Shown: positions 44,355 to 54,481, numbered from the stretch's first letter. The stretch is DNA of 64,000 bases from Desulfosudis oleivorans (GCA_020723325.1 DYJD01000003.1:167822-231821), one strand, 5' to 3'. Program-made: numbers and translations. Notes: generated from the sequence alone by a model not told the origin.

Positions 44355-46592
44355 ATGAACGGATGGCATAAGACCGGCTGTGTGCTGTGCGCCCAAAATT
44401 GCGGGCTGGAAGTATTGGTGGAGAACAACCGGATGGTCAAGGTCAGACCCGATCAGGAAAATCCGCGCAGTCAGGGCTATGCCTGCCGCAAAGGGCTCAA
44501 TGTGATCTATCATCAGTATCCGGCGGACCGCCTGACCGAGCCGTTGAAACGGGTGGGGGGCCGTTTTATGCCCGTGTCCTGGGACCAGGCCCTTGGGGAA
44601 ATTGCCGAAAAAATGCGATCTTTGGTGGAGACCCACGGTCCGCGCTGCCTGGCGTATATGGGTGGTAGTTCCCAGGGCGGCCATATGGAGGCGGCCTTTG
44701 GCCTGAATGTTCTCAGGAGTTTGGGGTCCCGTTATTATTATTCCTCGGCCGGTCAGGAATTCAGCGGGATCTGGTGGCTGCTGGGCCGCATGCTGGGCCG
44801 GCAGTACAATGTGGCCGTGCCCGACGAGCACGCTGCGGAAATGCTGGTGGCCTGGGGCTGGAACGGCATGGAGAGCCATCAGATGCCCCAGGCGCCCAAA
44901 GTGCTCAAAGCTTTCAGCAAGGATCCCCAGCGTCTGTTGGTGGTCATCGATCCGCGCAAATCCGAAACCGCGGCCATCGCAAACCTTCATCTGCCGGTGC
45001 GCCCTGGGACCGACGCCCTCCTGATCAAGGCCATGATCGCCGTCATCGTGGAGCAAGGCTGGGAAAACAAAGACTATATCCATAAGCATGTAGACGGGTG
45101 GGAACGGCTGCGTCCCTGGTTTGTGGGCTTTGACAGCCGCGCGGCTGTTCAGGTCTGCGAACTGGATTACGAACAGGTCCTGCATCTCTGCCGCCTGATG
45201 ACCACCAAGCGCTGGTGCATGCACCCGGATCTCGGCATTTATATGGGCCGCAACAGCACGCTCAACTCCTACTTGATGAATATCCTGGGGGCCATTTGCG
45301 GTATTTTCGGCGTGCGCGGCGGCAATGTCATCCCCGGCATGGTCATGCCCATGGGGTTTCATGCCGACGAACGTGATCCCAAAACCTGGCGCACCATGGT
45401 CACCAACATGCCGCCGGTGGCGGCCGGTTCCTTTCCACCGGCGGTGATGCCGGAAGAGATTCTCAGCGACCATCCGGAGCGGCTGCGGATGGTTTATGTC
45501 AGTGCCTGCAATCCGTTGCGCTCCTATCCGGACACCACGGCCTATGAAAAGGCCTTTGCAAAGCTGGACCTGCTGGTGGTCAACGACATCGTCATGAGCG
45601 AAACCGCCCGGCTGGCCCATTATGTGCTGCCCTGCCGCTCCTTTTACGAATCCTGGGACACGACTTTTTTCCCCTGGACTTTTCCGGAAGTCTATCTGCA
45701 GATGCGGCGTCCCATTGTGAAGCCGCCGGCCCAATGCCTGGAAGCCTCCCAGATTTTCACCCTGCTGGCGGATAAACTGGGACTGATCCCCAAGATCCCG
45801 AACGAGCTGCAGCAGGCAGCCGAATCCGACCGCCTGACCTTCGGCGCCAAACTCATGGAATGGGCGGCCAGCGAACCCACGGCCCTGCCGCGCATGCCCT
45901 TTGTGCTGGCCAAAACCCTGGGCAGGGTCTGGGACAGCGCTGCCAAGGCCGCCCTGTGGGGTTTGCTGATGACCGCGCCCAAAACCTTTCGCAAAAATGC
46001 GGCCCGGGCCGGTTTTGCGCCGGGTCTGGACCAGGGTGATCGCATTTTTCAGGCCTTGCTGGACACCCCCCAGGGAATCTGGGCCGGTAAAGTCGATCCG
46101 GATGAAAATCTGGCCGGCCTGCCCACGCCCTCAGGCAAAATCGAAGTCCATGTCCCGGAAATGGCGGCGCAGACCCTTGAGTTGAATGCTGTTGCTGAAA
46201 AAGCGGCCCTGCAGATGCCGGAAGGCTTCCCCCTGATCCTAAATGCCGGCCGGCACATGAAATACAACATCAACACCTTGATGCGCAATCCGGAATGGAA
46301 CAAGGGCAAACGGGCCTGCACCATCGCCATCAGCCCTGCCGATGCTGAATCGCTCGGTCTGGAAGACGGGCAGCAGGCGCGGGTCACCACCGCAGCCGGC
46401 AGCGAGGTGGGTGAAATCCAGGTCAGCGATCAAATCCGTCAGGGCATGGTGTTGATCCCCCATGGGTTTGGCTTGATATACAAAGACCAGGTTTATGGAA
46501 TCAACGTGAATCGCCTGACCCAAACCACCCACCGGGACCCCATGGGAACGCCCATCCATCGTTTTGTGCCGTGCCGGGTGGAGGCTATGTGA
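44355..46592 (+). CDS. molybdopterin (bis-MGD) oxidoreductase, formate-dehydrogenase-like catalytic subunit, no twin-arginine signal
   Basis: N-terminal 4Fe-4S motif CVLCAQNCGLEV…ACRKG (C-x2-C-x3-C-x27-C), a large MopB-type body and a C-terminal MGD-binding beta-barrel (…IQVSDQIRQGMVLIPHGFG…). AAGGAGGGGG lies before ATG 44355. Confidence 0.85.
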   Translation: MNGWHKTGCVLCAQNCGLEVLVENNRMVKVRPDQENPRSQGYACRKGLNVIYHQYPADRLTEPLKRVGGRFMPVSWDQALGEIAEKMRSLVETHGPRCLAYMGGSSQGGHMEAAFGLNVLRSLGSRYYYSSAGQEFSGIWWLLGRMLGRQYNVAVPDEHAAEMLVAWGWNGMESHQMPQAPKVLKAFSKDPQRLLVVIDPRKSETAAIANLHLPVRPGTDALLIKAMIAVIVEQGWENKDYIHKHVDGWERLRPWFVGFDSRAAVQVCELDYEQVLHLCRLMTTKRWCMHPDLGIYMGRNSTLNSYLMNILGAICGIFGVRGGNVIPGMVMPMGFHADERDPKTWRTMVTNMPPVAAGSFPPAVMPEEILSDHPERLRMVYVSACNPLRSYPDTTAYEKAFAKLDLLVVNDIVMSETARLAHYVLPCRSFYESWDTTFFPWTFPEVYLQMRRPIVKPPAQCLEASQIFTLLADKLGLIPKIPNELQQAAESDRLTFGAKLMEWAASEPTALPRMPFVLAKTLGRVWDSAAKAALWGLLMTAPKTFRKNAARAGFAPGLDQGDRIFQALLDTPQGIWAGKVDPDENLAGLPTPSGKIEVHVPEMAAQTLELNAVAEKAALQMPEGFPLILNAGRHMKYNINTLMRNPEWNKGKRACTIAISPADAESLGLEDGQQARVTTAAGSEVGEIQVSDQIRQGMVLIPHGFGLIYKDQVYGINVNRLTQTTHRDPMGTPIHRFVPCRVEAM

Positions 46593-46610
46593 TAAAGTAG
46601 TTTGTGCATA

Positions 46611-46639
46611 TTGACACCCCGTTTTATTTCGTATATATA
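46611..46639 (+). promoter_or_regulatory. candidate sigma70-type promoter TTGACA-N17-TATATA(AT)
   Basis: TTGACA at 46611-46616, a 17-nt spacer, and TATATA at 46634-39 (overlapping TATAAT). It lies ~60 nt upstream of the transglycosylase ATG. Confidence 0.45.
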
Positions 46640-46697
46640 ATTGAATTATTAACAAATCAAATCTTCATCCTTTTTGCCCGCCACATAGGAGATCTTC

Positions 46698-47441
46698 ATG
46701 AAGGTGCCGTCGCTGGATATCCAGGAAAAATTGATTCAGGCCAGTGCCAATCGCAGCGGCCCGGTGGGGCGGGAGTTAGCCCCGCCAGCGACCGCCTTTG
46801 CGACGTTCCTGGGAAACGCGGTCAAGCAAGAAACCGGCGAAACGACAGCGCCGCTCGATAAGGAAAAGGTTGCTGTTCAGGTGGAGCTCATCCGCTACAG
46901 GATGAACCAGTCGATCATTGATGCATTCGCAGATAAGGAAGAGGAGGAAACCGCGGCGGCCGAATCCGGTTTTTTATCATTTGCACCGGAATTCCAAGAG
47001 CTTTTGGCCGGCCAAGCACATCCCCGGAACCCCAAAACCTCTGATAAATCCTTCACGAATGTTAAAGACCTGGATGCCATCATCCACAAAGCTTCCGAGA
47101 CCTATGGGGTGGATAAGGATCTCATTATTGCCGTCATCCGGGCCGAGAGCGGATTTGATGCAGGCGTCACCTCGCCCAAACAGGCCATGGGGCTGATGCA
47201 GCTTATGCCTGAGACCGCCCGTGACCTTGGCGTGACCGATGCCTATGATCCGGAGCAGAACATCATGGCCGGCACCCGTTATCTTAGAGGCCTGCTTGAC
47301 CGTTACAACGGCGATGTCAGATCAGCCTTGGCCGCCTACAATTGGGGTATGGGCAATCTGGAAAAAAACATCGGCCTGCCGACTGAAACCCGCAATTACA
47401 TCAGCAAAATCATGAAGGACTACGGCCGGGATAAGGCCTGA
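46698..47441 (+). CDS. lytic transglycosylase (SLT domain)
   Basis: VIRAESGFDAGVTSPKQAMGLMQLMPETARDLGV…NIMAGTRYL has the catalytic Glu-Ser and the GLMQ motif. Confidence 0.85.
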   Translation: MKVPSLDIQEKLIQASANRSGPVGRELAPPATAFATFLGNAVKQETGETTAPLDKEKVAVQVELIRYRMNQSIIDAFADKEEEETAAAESGFLSFAPEFQELLAGQAHPRNPKTSDKSFTNVKDLDAIIHKASETYGVDKDLIIAVIRAESGFDAGVTSPKQAMGLMQLMPETARDLGVTDAYDPEQNIMAGTRYLRGLLDRYNGDVRSALAAYNWGMGNLEKNIGLPTETRNYISKIMKDYGRDKA

Positions 47442-47555
47442 TTTCGTTTCGCATCTTTAAGAAAAAAATGAACAGTCAGTGCATGGGCCCAGGCGTATTG
47501 GTGCCCATGAAGGGCGCATCGAATGGTAACCGATTGTTGATCCGGGAGAGACGGC

Positions 47556-48710
47556 ATGGGTATACGCATAATCTTTGTTTTACTGTCCTTTTTGTGGGTA
47601 ATGCCGGCAACGGCCGAGCAACCGGGCATCAAGATCGGTCTGTCCCTATCGATCACCGGAAAATATGCGGCCATGGGCAACATGCAGAGAAACGGGTTCG
47701 AACTTTGGAAGAAGCATGTCAATTCCGGTCGCAAATTATTGGGCCGTGAAGTTGAGATGATCATCCGGGATGATCAGAGCAACTCGGAGGCAGCCAAGTC
47801 AATTTATCTTGAACTGATCGAAAAAGAGAAAGTCGATCTGGTGTTTGGACCCTATTCCAGCGAGATTTCCGAGGCCATCCTGCCGATAACCGAGCAGCAT
47901 CATTACCCGGTGCTGCTGTCCGGTGCTTCGGCCGATGAATTGTGGAGCAAGGGCTATCGTTACGCATTCGGCGTTTATTCACCGGCCAGCAAATATGCCG
48001 TGGGTTTTTTGGAAATGCTGGTCCGAAACAAGATCAATGACATCGCCATCGTATCCGCCGATGATTCTTTTTCAGCATCCCTGTTCGAAGGCACGCGCAA
48101 TTGGGCTAAAAAATTTCAAATCAATATTCGCTTTTCCCAGCGTTTTGCAAAAGGCACAGGTGACATGGTTCAATTGGCCGAAAAAGTAAAACAATCAGAA
48201 GCACAAGCCCTGCTGGTCTGCGGTCATTTGCAGGAATCCGTGGATATGCGCAAGGCCCTCAAATCCATCAACTGGTATCCGCGCGCCTATTACGCCTCCG
48301 TCGGTCCGGCCACCAGGGTTTTTCAGGAGATTTTGGGCGGGGATGCCGAGCTGGTTTTTTCTTCTTCCCAATGGGAGGAACAGGTGGGCGTACATTTCCC
48401 AGGCGGCAAGACCTTTATCACCACATTCAAGGAAACCTATGGGCAGGCCCCTTCCTATCATGCGGCAACAGCCTATGCAGCCGGCATGATTTTGGAAGAA
48501 GCGTTGAAAATATTGGGAAGGGTCGATCGGGACGGATTGCGGGACACCCTGTCCATCATGGATACCATGACAGTGATCGGACGGTACGGGGTGGACAAAA
48601 CCGGTTGGCAAATCCGGCATTTTCCTCTGATTATCCAATGGCAGCAGAAGGAGTTGAAAGTAGTCTGGCCGCCGAAACTGAAACAAGCAGAGCCGGTGAT
48701 TATGCCGTGA
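47556..48710 (+). CDS. periplasmic solute-binding protein (LivK/branched-chain amino-acid-type, type I PBP)
   Basis: Signal peptide MGIRIIFVLLSFLWVMPATA, then IKIGLSLSITGKYAAMG…VDLVFGPYSS. Confidence 0.8.
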   Translation: MGIRIIFVLLSFLWVMPATAEQPGIKIGLSLSITGKYAAMGNMQRNGFELWKKHVNSGRKLLGREVEMIIRDDQSNSEAAKSIYLELIEKEKVDLVFGPYSSEISEAILPITEQHHYPVLLSGASADELWSKGYRYAFGVYSPASKYAVGFLEMLVRNKINDIAIVSADDSFSASLFEGTRNWAKKFQINIRFSQRFAKGTGDMVQLAEKVKQSEAQALLVCGHLQESVDMRKALKSINWYPRAYYASVGPATRVFQEILGGDAELVFSSSQWEEQVGVHFPGGKTFITTFKETYGQAPSYHAATAYAAGMILEEALKILGRVDRDGLRDTLSIMDTMTVIGRYGVDKTGWQIRHFPLIIQWQQKELKVVWPPKLKQAEPVIMP

Positions 48711-48769
48711 CCGTAGTTTCCGGTATTTATGGATTTGCTAAAAGGTAAATTAAACGACAAAGAAAAACG

Positions 48770-51070
48770 ATGATCAATATTAAACGCAGCTTGACTTTGC
48801 GGGTGGCCGTTCCGGTTATCGTATTGGTTTTGGCTTTGGGGCTGTCCCTTTATTTTTTGGTGTTTAGAACTTTGTCGGACTTTGTCAGAAATGAAATCGA
48901 AAGGGATTTGGAGTCGATTTCCCATCGGTTATATAATATTTGCAACACCACCTATGATTCGATTTTACAATCCGGATTGGCGGATGATAACGGTACCATC
49001 ATTATTGAAAAAGCATTGACCCTCGGTAAATTTGAGGATTTTTTCCGCCAGGAAGAAATCGAAGGCCTCATCTATCATGGTGAAGAAAAGGAATTGGTAT
49101 TCAGAACAACCTTGCCGACCAGTCCGGAAAATATCATCGCGGTGGGCAACAAGGACGGGTTGCTGGTATCCCTCAGCCAAGAAGCCAAGGGCTATTTTTC
49201 CTTTCATTTTGATTTCACCCCCTGGGAATGGAATATCATCATTATCAAGTCTGAGAAGAAATATGGTGATTTGATTTCCCAGGTCAAGCAGATCCATCTC
49301 TACACCATCGGCTTGCTTTTTTCAGTCAGCATTTTATTGATATTTTTTATTTATCAATCCGTTCAACAGCCCATCAACGCCATTATTCAGCCGTTGAAAA
49401 AAGGGCTTCAGCCCGAATACAAGGGGATTGAGGCCTTTGAGTACCTGAGCGATACGATCCGTGATTTGTTGAATTCGATCAAGCAAAGTGAAGAAAAATA
49501 TCGCTCCCTGGTAGAGACCACCAGCGATTTTGTCTGGGAGGTGGATAAAAGGGGCTGCTTTTCCTATGCCAGCCCAACAATCAAGGGCATTCTCGGCTAT
49601 GAACCCCAAGAACTGCTGGGCAAAAATCCTTTTGACTTAATGCCTCCTGATGTTGCCCAAGGTGTGGCGGAAAGCTTTCGAAAAATTTTTATTGAAAGAA
49701 AACCATTTGAGCGCATGGAAAGCGTTCACCTGCACAAGGATGGACATCCGGTAGTACTGGAAGCCAGCGGCATCCCGATTATTAGCGCCAAAGGTGAATT
49801 GCTGGGATATCGCGGCATCGACCGGGATGTGACGGAGCGCATTCGCCTGGAAGAAGAGCGCAAGAAAATGGAGGGCCAGCTTCAGCAATTGCAGAAATTG
49901 GAGGCCATCGGTACCCTGGCAGGGGGGATCGCCCATGATTACAATAATCTTTTGTCTGTGATCATGGGTAATATTACGCTGGCAAAAGAGGATGCGGCCG
50001 GCAACAAAGAAGTGGAATTGTATTTGGAAAACGCGGAAGTCGCCTTGTCGCGCGCCCAAGACCTTACCAGTCTGTTGATCACTTTTTCAAAGGGCGGTGC
50101 ACCGGTCATGGAGGTGGGGTCCATCGCGCATTTTTTACGGGATACGGCGGAGCACACCCTTTCGGAATCGAAATTAACCTGCATATACGACTTGCCCCCT
50201 GATTTGTGGCTGGTGGAATTTGACGGCCGCCAGATGAAGCATGCCATTAAAAACATTATTATCAATGCAGCGGAATCCATGCCTCAGGGGGGCACCATCT
50301 GGATCGGTGCGCAAAACTATACTTCGAATTCCCAGCGGCGGCGGGCCGACATTTTTCTTCCCCAAGGAAAATATGTCAAAATTTATATCAAGGACAGCGG
50401 GAGTGGAATTCAACCCGAACACCTTACCATGATTTTTGATCCGTATTTCTCCACCAAGCGGCGGGGGACTCAAAAAGGAATGGGACTGGGGCTTACCATC
50501 AGTTATTCCGTTGTCAACCGTCATAGCGGTTATATCAGCGTGGAATCGGAAGTCGGAAAAGGCTCCGTGTTTTCCATATACATCCCAGCCTATGAATACT
50601 ATCAGTCCACGGCAAGACCGGCGGAAGCTCTGCCGGAAAGCCTTGCGAAGCGTCCTAAAAAGATTCTGCTTATGGATGATGAAGAGATGTTGAGAAAAGT
50701 CGTTGAAAATATATTAAAGCGCAGTGGATATGAGAGCGCCCTGGCCAAAGATGGCGCCGAGGCGGTCGATATGTATAAACGCGCCTTTGAAGCCGGCCGG
50801 CCGTTTGACGTGGTGATTCTGGATTTATCCGTCAAAGGCGGCATGGGCGGCAAGGAAGCCGTCCGGCTCTTAAAAGAAATTAATCCGAATGCCAGGGTGA
50901 TCGTTTCGAGCGGATATTCCAATGATCCGGTCATGACGGATTATAGGGCCTATGGATTCTGCATGGCTTTGTCAAAGCCTTACAACGTCACTCAGTTGAA
51001 TGAGGCTATCAAATTGGCAGTAAACGCCGGTCCTCCGGAAAGCCATGCCGGCGCATTAAGAAGTTCTTGA
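48770..51070 (+). CDS. hybrid sensor histidine kinase (2 TM, PAS, HisKA, HATPase, receiver)
   Basis: Two TM helices bracket a ~140-aa outer domain. Also a PAS domain, H-box GIAHDYNNLLSVIMGNITL, G-boxes DSGSGI and GMGLGL, and receiver ILLMDDEEMLR…DLSVKGGMGG. Confidence 0.9.
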   Translation: MINIKRSLTLRVAVPVIVLVLALGLSLYFLVFRTLSDFVRNEIERDLESISHRLYNICNTTYDSILQSGLADDNGTIIIEKALTLGKFEDFFRQEEIEGLIYHGEEKELVFRTTLPTSPENIIAVGNKDGLLVSLSQEAKGYFSFHFDFTPWEWNIIIIKSEKKYGDLISQVKQIHLYTIGLLFSVSILLIFFIYQSVQQPINAIIQPLKKGLQPEYKGIEAFEYLSDTIRDLLNSIKQSEEKYRSLVETTSDFVWEVDKRGCFSYASPTIKGILGYEPQELLGKNPFDLMPPDVAQGVAESFRKIFIERKPFERMESVHLHKDGHPVVLEASGIPIISAKGELLGYRGIDRDVTERIRLEEERKKMEGQLQQLQKLEAIGTLAGGIAHDYNNLLSVIMGNITLAKEDAAGNKEVELYLENAEVALSRAQDLTSLLITFSKGGAPVMEVGSIAHFLRDTAEHTLSESKLTCIYDLPPDLWLVEFDGRQMKHAIKNIIINAAESMPQGGTIWIGAQNYTSNSQRRRADIFLPQGKYVKIYIKDSGSGIQPEHLTMIFDPYFSTKRRGTQKGMGLGLTISYSVVNRHSGYISVESEVGKGSVFSIYIPAYEYYQSTARPAEALPESLAKRPKKILLMDDEEMLRKVVENILKRSGYESALAKDGAEAVDMYKRAFEAGRPFDVVILDLSVKGGMGGKEAVRLLKEINPNARVIVSSGYSNDPVMTDYRAYGFCMALSKPYNVTQLNEAIKLAVNAGPPESHAGALRSS

Positions 51071-51115
51071 CTACCATTAGATCGATGAACGGGGTTTGCC
51101 CTGAACAGCTCTTCC

Positions 51116-51925
51116 TCATTTGAGGCCGATGGCCTGCTTTAAAAAATCGAGAATGGCGAGATTGACTTCCGTCTCCTTTTCCAAGGGTGAAAAATGACCG
51201 GCGGCGGGTATCTGCACCATGTAGGCGAAAGGAAGTTGTTGGGTCAAGTATGTGCCGTATTTGGGCGGTGTCAGTTTGTCGTCTTCCGCGGTCAGCACCA
51301 GCACCGGCATAGCGATGGTCGCCAATTGATCCATGACGTCAAAGGCATCGCAGGCCAGGAAGTCATTCAGGGCCGATTCCGAACGGCATTGATGCATGGC
51401 GGCGATCAAGGGCGCCACCTTCTGCGGATCGGTTTTGGGAGAGACGGCGAACAATCTGGTGGCTTCCACCGAGGCGCGATAATCTTTCCGGATGGTCTCG
51501 AAAATCATGGGCATGACCTTGAGACGGGCGCCGGTATTGATCAAAATGCCGCCGGTATAGTCGTACTTCTTTTCGATTAAAAGCTGGAGGGTAATAGCAC
51601 CGCCGATGCTGAGACCACAGGGAATGGGATTGGGGATTTTCAGGGCTTCAATGAAGTGATGGAGTACGCCCGCATAGCCGGCGATTGTATCCAGCGCATC
51701 CCCTTGACTTCGGCCGTGCCCCGGCAGGTCCAAGGCAATAGTATTGACATGCGCCGACAAGGCGTCCATCTGCTTGTCCCAAAGCACATGGGAGCCTCCG
51801 GAACCATGGATGAAAATCAAAGTGGGTTTGGCCTGATCCAGGGGCCAATGCCCGGCAGTATAAAAAAGCCCATCCGACGTTCTTTCCATCATCATGATCT
51901 CCGTGTTGTTTTTTTGTGTTTGCAT
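51116..51925 (-). CDS. alpha/beta-fold hydrolase
   Basis: LIFIHGSGGS, DLPGHGRS and the nucleophile elbow GLSIGG. Confidence 0.8.
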   Translation of the reverse strand: MQTQKNNTEIMMMERTSDGLFYTAGHWPLDQAKPTLIFIHGSGGSHVLWDKQMDALSAHVNTIALDLPGHGRSQGDALDTIAGYAGVLHHFIEALKIPNPIPCGLSIGGAITLQLLIEKKYDYTGGILINTGARLKVMPMIFETIRKDYRASVEATRLFAVSPKTDPQKVAPLIAAMHQCRSESALNDFLACDAFDVMDQLATIAMPVLVLTAEDDKLTPPKYGTYLTQQLPFAYMVQIPAAGHFSPLEKETEVNLAILDFLKQAIGLK

Positions 51926-52154
51926 TCATTCGGCGAAAATCCAAGATCAAATCATGCCATTATTGCTGAGCACTTTCATTACAATCTTTGTCGGCTGTAA
52001 TTTGATCTCGAATTTAACAATAGTTTATTATTGAGGTCAAGCAAATACACTCGTGGTTTAGCCGTAACAGACGGCAGCCGGGATCGTCTCGGCAGGCGGC
52101 GCGGCCATGGCTGTTGAAACCGATCTGCGATCTACCTCTGTGCTGTTCCGGGAG

Positions 52155-53648
52155 TCAGAATGACTTGGTGGAATCCGTGACAAGGGTTTTGATTCTGTCA
52201 CAGAAGGCGAGTATCGCTTCTGCTTCCACTTTAAGGCGCTTGGCGGAATCGAGTTCGGCAAGATCCAGGTTTTCGGTTTGATAACCGTATCCGATGGAAG
52301 ATGCCATCTGACTAGCGAGATGCACCATCAATATACTTTTGCTGGTGGTATCAAAAAACTTCGGCCCCTCATGGGAGGTGGCGATTTCATAAAATTCTTT
52401 GGGGAATTTCCAGAACCGTAAGATGATGGCTCCCAGACTGTTGTGACCGATCTGCAGGACTTTTTCCACCTGGGAGCGCGTCAGGCCTTTGCTCCAATCC
52501 TCATTTTCGCTTAAGGTTTTGAGGATTAACACCTTGCCGATATCATGCACCAGGCCCATCAAGAAATATTTTTCCGGCTCTGGATACTTTAAATAATCCG
52601 CCAGGATTCTGGCGCCATAGGCAGAAGCCAGGGAGTGGAGCCACAGTTCTTCCATCCAACGCATATATTCCTTGCTTTGGGTCTGGAACAGATTCTTGCT
52701 GGTGATGACCGAAACAATGTTGCGGGTTTCCCGGAAACCGATTCTGGGGATGGCTTCCCGGATGGAACGTACCCTTTGCTGGCCCATGTACATGGGTGAA
52801 TTGGCGGTCGACATCACACGAATGGCTACAATGGCGTCCTTTTCAATGATTCTGGCAAGATCATCGTTGGTGGTATTGGGCCTGTCGATGGCTGTCTGAA
52901 TTTCTTGAATGATGGCGGGCAAAACCGGCAGATCGATTTTGCCGACTTTCACCTGTTCGAAAATATCCCGGGCGATCTCTTCGGGCTTAAAATCGTTTTC
53001 GGGTTCCGGGGTCTCCTTGGAAATCTTTGTCTGGCCGGCACCGTTGGTCTGGCTTGGGCCGTTCAATTTCTTATTCAATAGTCGAATGAATTCGTCCACC
53101 AAATCACTGTCAAAACGAAGACCTTTATTTTTTTCCAACTCCTCCAGTATGAGGGGCATGGATTTGGGAGAACGGTAGGGCCGCAAGGAGCCCATGGCCA
53201 CAAAGCTTTCCACAATATTGATAATCCTGGATCCATATGGAATTTGTTCCCCGGCCAAACCGTCCGGATATCCACTGCCGTCATACAACTCATGGTGATG
53301 GCGAACCAGCGGTAAGACCCCTTGCAGCGGTTTTAAATTTGATAAAATTTTTTCGGACATAACCGGATGCTGGCGGACAACAAGCATTTCGTCATTGGTC
53401 AATTCGGTGGTTTTACGGATGATGTCGGCGGGAATATACACAACGGCGATATCGTGGAGCAGGGCCGCCAGATTTACGCCGGCGACTTCAGGGGGTGGCA
53501 AACCGATTTTCGCGGCCAATTCCGCACATAAGACGGCCATGCGTTTGTAGTGCCCGCGGGGATAGATGATGGCCTCATCAATAATGGACAGCAGGGTTTG
53601 AACAGTGTCCTCGAAAAGAGGATTCTGAAGCAATTCCTTTGTAATCAT
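52155..53648 (-). CDS. HD-GYP domain plus HDOD domain signalling protein
   Basis: N-terminal LHDIAVV…HHHELYDGSGYPDGL (HD-GYP). C-terminal LPVLPAIIQEIQTAI…GLVHDIGKVLI (HDOD-like). Confidence 0.8.
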   Translation of the reverse strand: MITKELLQNPLFEDTVQTLLSIIDEAIIYPRGHYKRMAVLCAELAAKIGLPPPEVAGVNLAALLHDIAVVYIPADIIRKTTELTNDEMLVVRQHPVMSEKILSNLKPLQGVLPLVRHHHELYDGSGYPDGLAGEQIPYGSRIINIVESFVAMGSLRPYRSPKSMPLILEELEKNKGLRFDSDLVDEFIRLLNKKLNGPSQTNGAGQTKISKETPEPENDFKPEEIARDIFEQVKVGKIDLPVLPAIIQEIQTAIDRPNTTNDDLARIIEKDAIVAIRVMSTANSPMYMGQQRVRSIREAIPRIGFRETRNIVSVITSKNLFQTQSKEYMRWMEELWLHSLASAYGARILADYLKYPEPEKYFLMGLVHDIGKVLILKTLSENEDWSKGLTRSQVEKVLQIGHNSLGAIILRFWKFPKEFYEIATSHEGPKFFDTTSKSILMVHLASQMASSIGYGYQTENLDLAELDSAKRLKVEAEAILAFCDRIKTLVTDSTKSF

Positions 53649-53728
53649 GGCCTGAGCTTTCTATTGATGAACATAATCGCCATAGTACAACGTAACTCGT
53701 TTGATCGCAAGAGTTTTTCATATTTTAT

Positions 53729-54481
53729 CTATGCCGGGTTTTTCCGGGGCTTGCGCAGTTCGGCAAACAGCGTAAACACCCAGGGCCGGAAGCCGATGAC
53801 CAGGCCGGTACTGTAACGGCCCTTGAGGGGCAGGGCCGCGTCCATTTCAGCCAGTTCATTGAACTGCCGCACCAGGTCGTCGATCTTTTTTAAAATGATC
53901 TTCAGAGAGGCTTCCGAAAGCTGCCCAGGGCTGAATTCCAGCCGGTCATTGGGCTGATCAAAGGGGTGGCGGATAAAGTCGTTAAAAATTTTTTCCTGGT
54001 AGTGCTTCCAAAGGGGCCCGTGTTTACGCCAGAAAGCATTTTTGGAAACCAGCAGCCGGAAGCGATTCTCCGGGTGCAGTTCAATCAGTTTGAGGCGGTC
54101 CAATTGGATCAAGAGGCGGGTGGCTTCCTGGGTGGTGATGTCATACATCTCCGTGATCAGGGACAGGGGCCAGCCGTTGATTAAAAAATAAAGAAAGGCC
54201 AACAATCTTTCGTCCTTGACCAAAATGCGCTCCTGCTCCAAGGTCAGGCTGTTGGTGCTGCGCTGTTGCTTGCGTCTGGCCATTAAGGCAAGATCATAGA
54301 TGTCGAGATCCAGTACTTTGCAGACCGCTTCCAGGCGTTTCAGGGAAAAGGATTTTTCCGAAAACAACCGTTTGATGCTGGTTTCGCTGAGCCCCAGCTC
54401 CTGGCCCAGCTTGCGGTAGGTGATGTTTTTGGCTTTCAGGTATTGCTTCAGGGTATCCAGCAGTTCTGCGGTTTGGCTCAT
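53729..54481 (-). CDS. XRE-family HTH transcriptional regulator
   Basis: LKAKNITYRKLGQELGLSETSIKRLFSEKSFSLKRLEAVCKVL. GGAGG SD lies 6 nt before the ATG. The gene is divergent from the crotonase/ACAD genes. Confidence 0.8.
   Translation of the reverse strand: MSQTAELLDTLKQYLKAKNITYRKLGQELGLSETSIKRLFSEKSFSLKRLEAVCKVLDLDIYDLALMARRKQQRSTNSLTLEQERILVKDERLLAFLYFLINGWPLSLITEMYDITTQEATRLLIQLDRLKLIELHPENRFRLLVSKNAFWRKHGPLWKHYQEKIFNDFIRHPFDQPNDRLEFSPGQLSEASLKIILKKIDDLVRQFNELAEMDAALPLKGRYSTGLVIGFRPWVFTLFAELRKPRKNPA

Noticed and set aside
44265-45734. 489-aa minus-strand ORF overlapping the molybdopterin oxidoreductase gene
   Set aside because: Its composition is Gly/His/Ala/Pro/Arg-rich with no motifs. 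It lies entirely antisense to a gene with strong family motifs and an excellent SD. This is a typical shadow ORF of a GC-rich gene.
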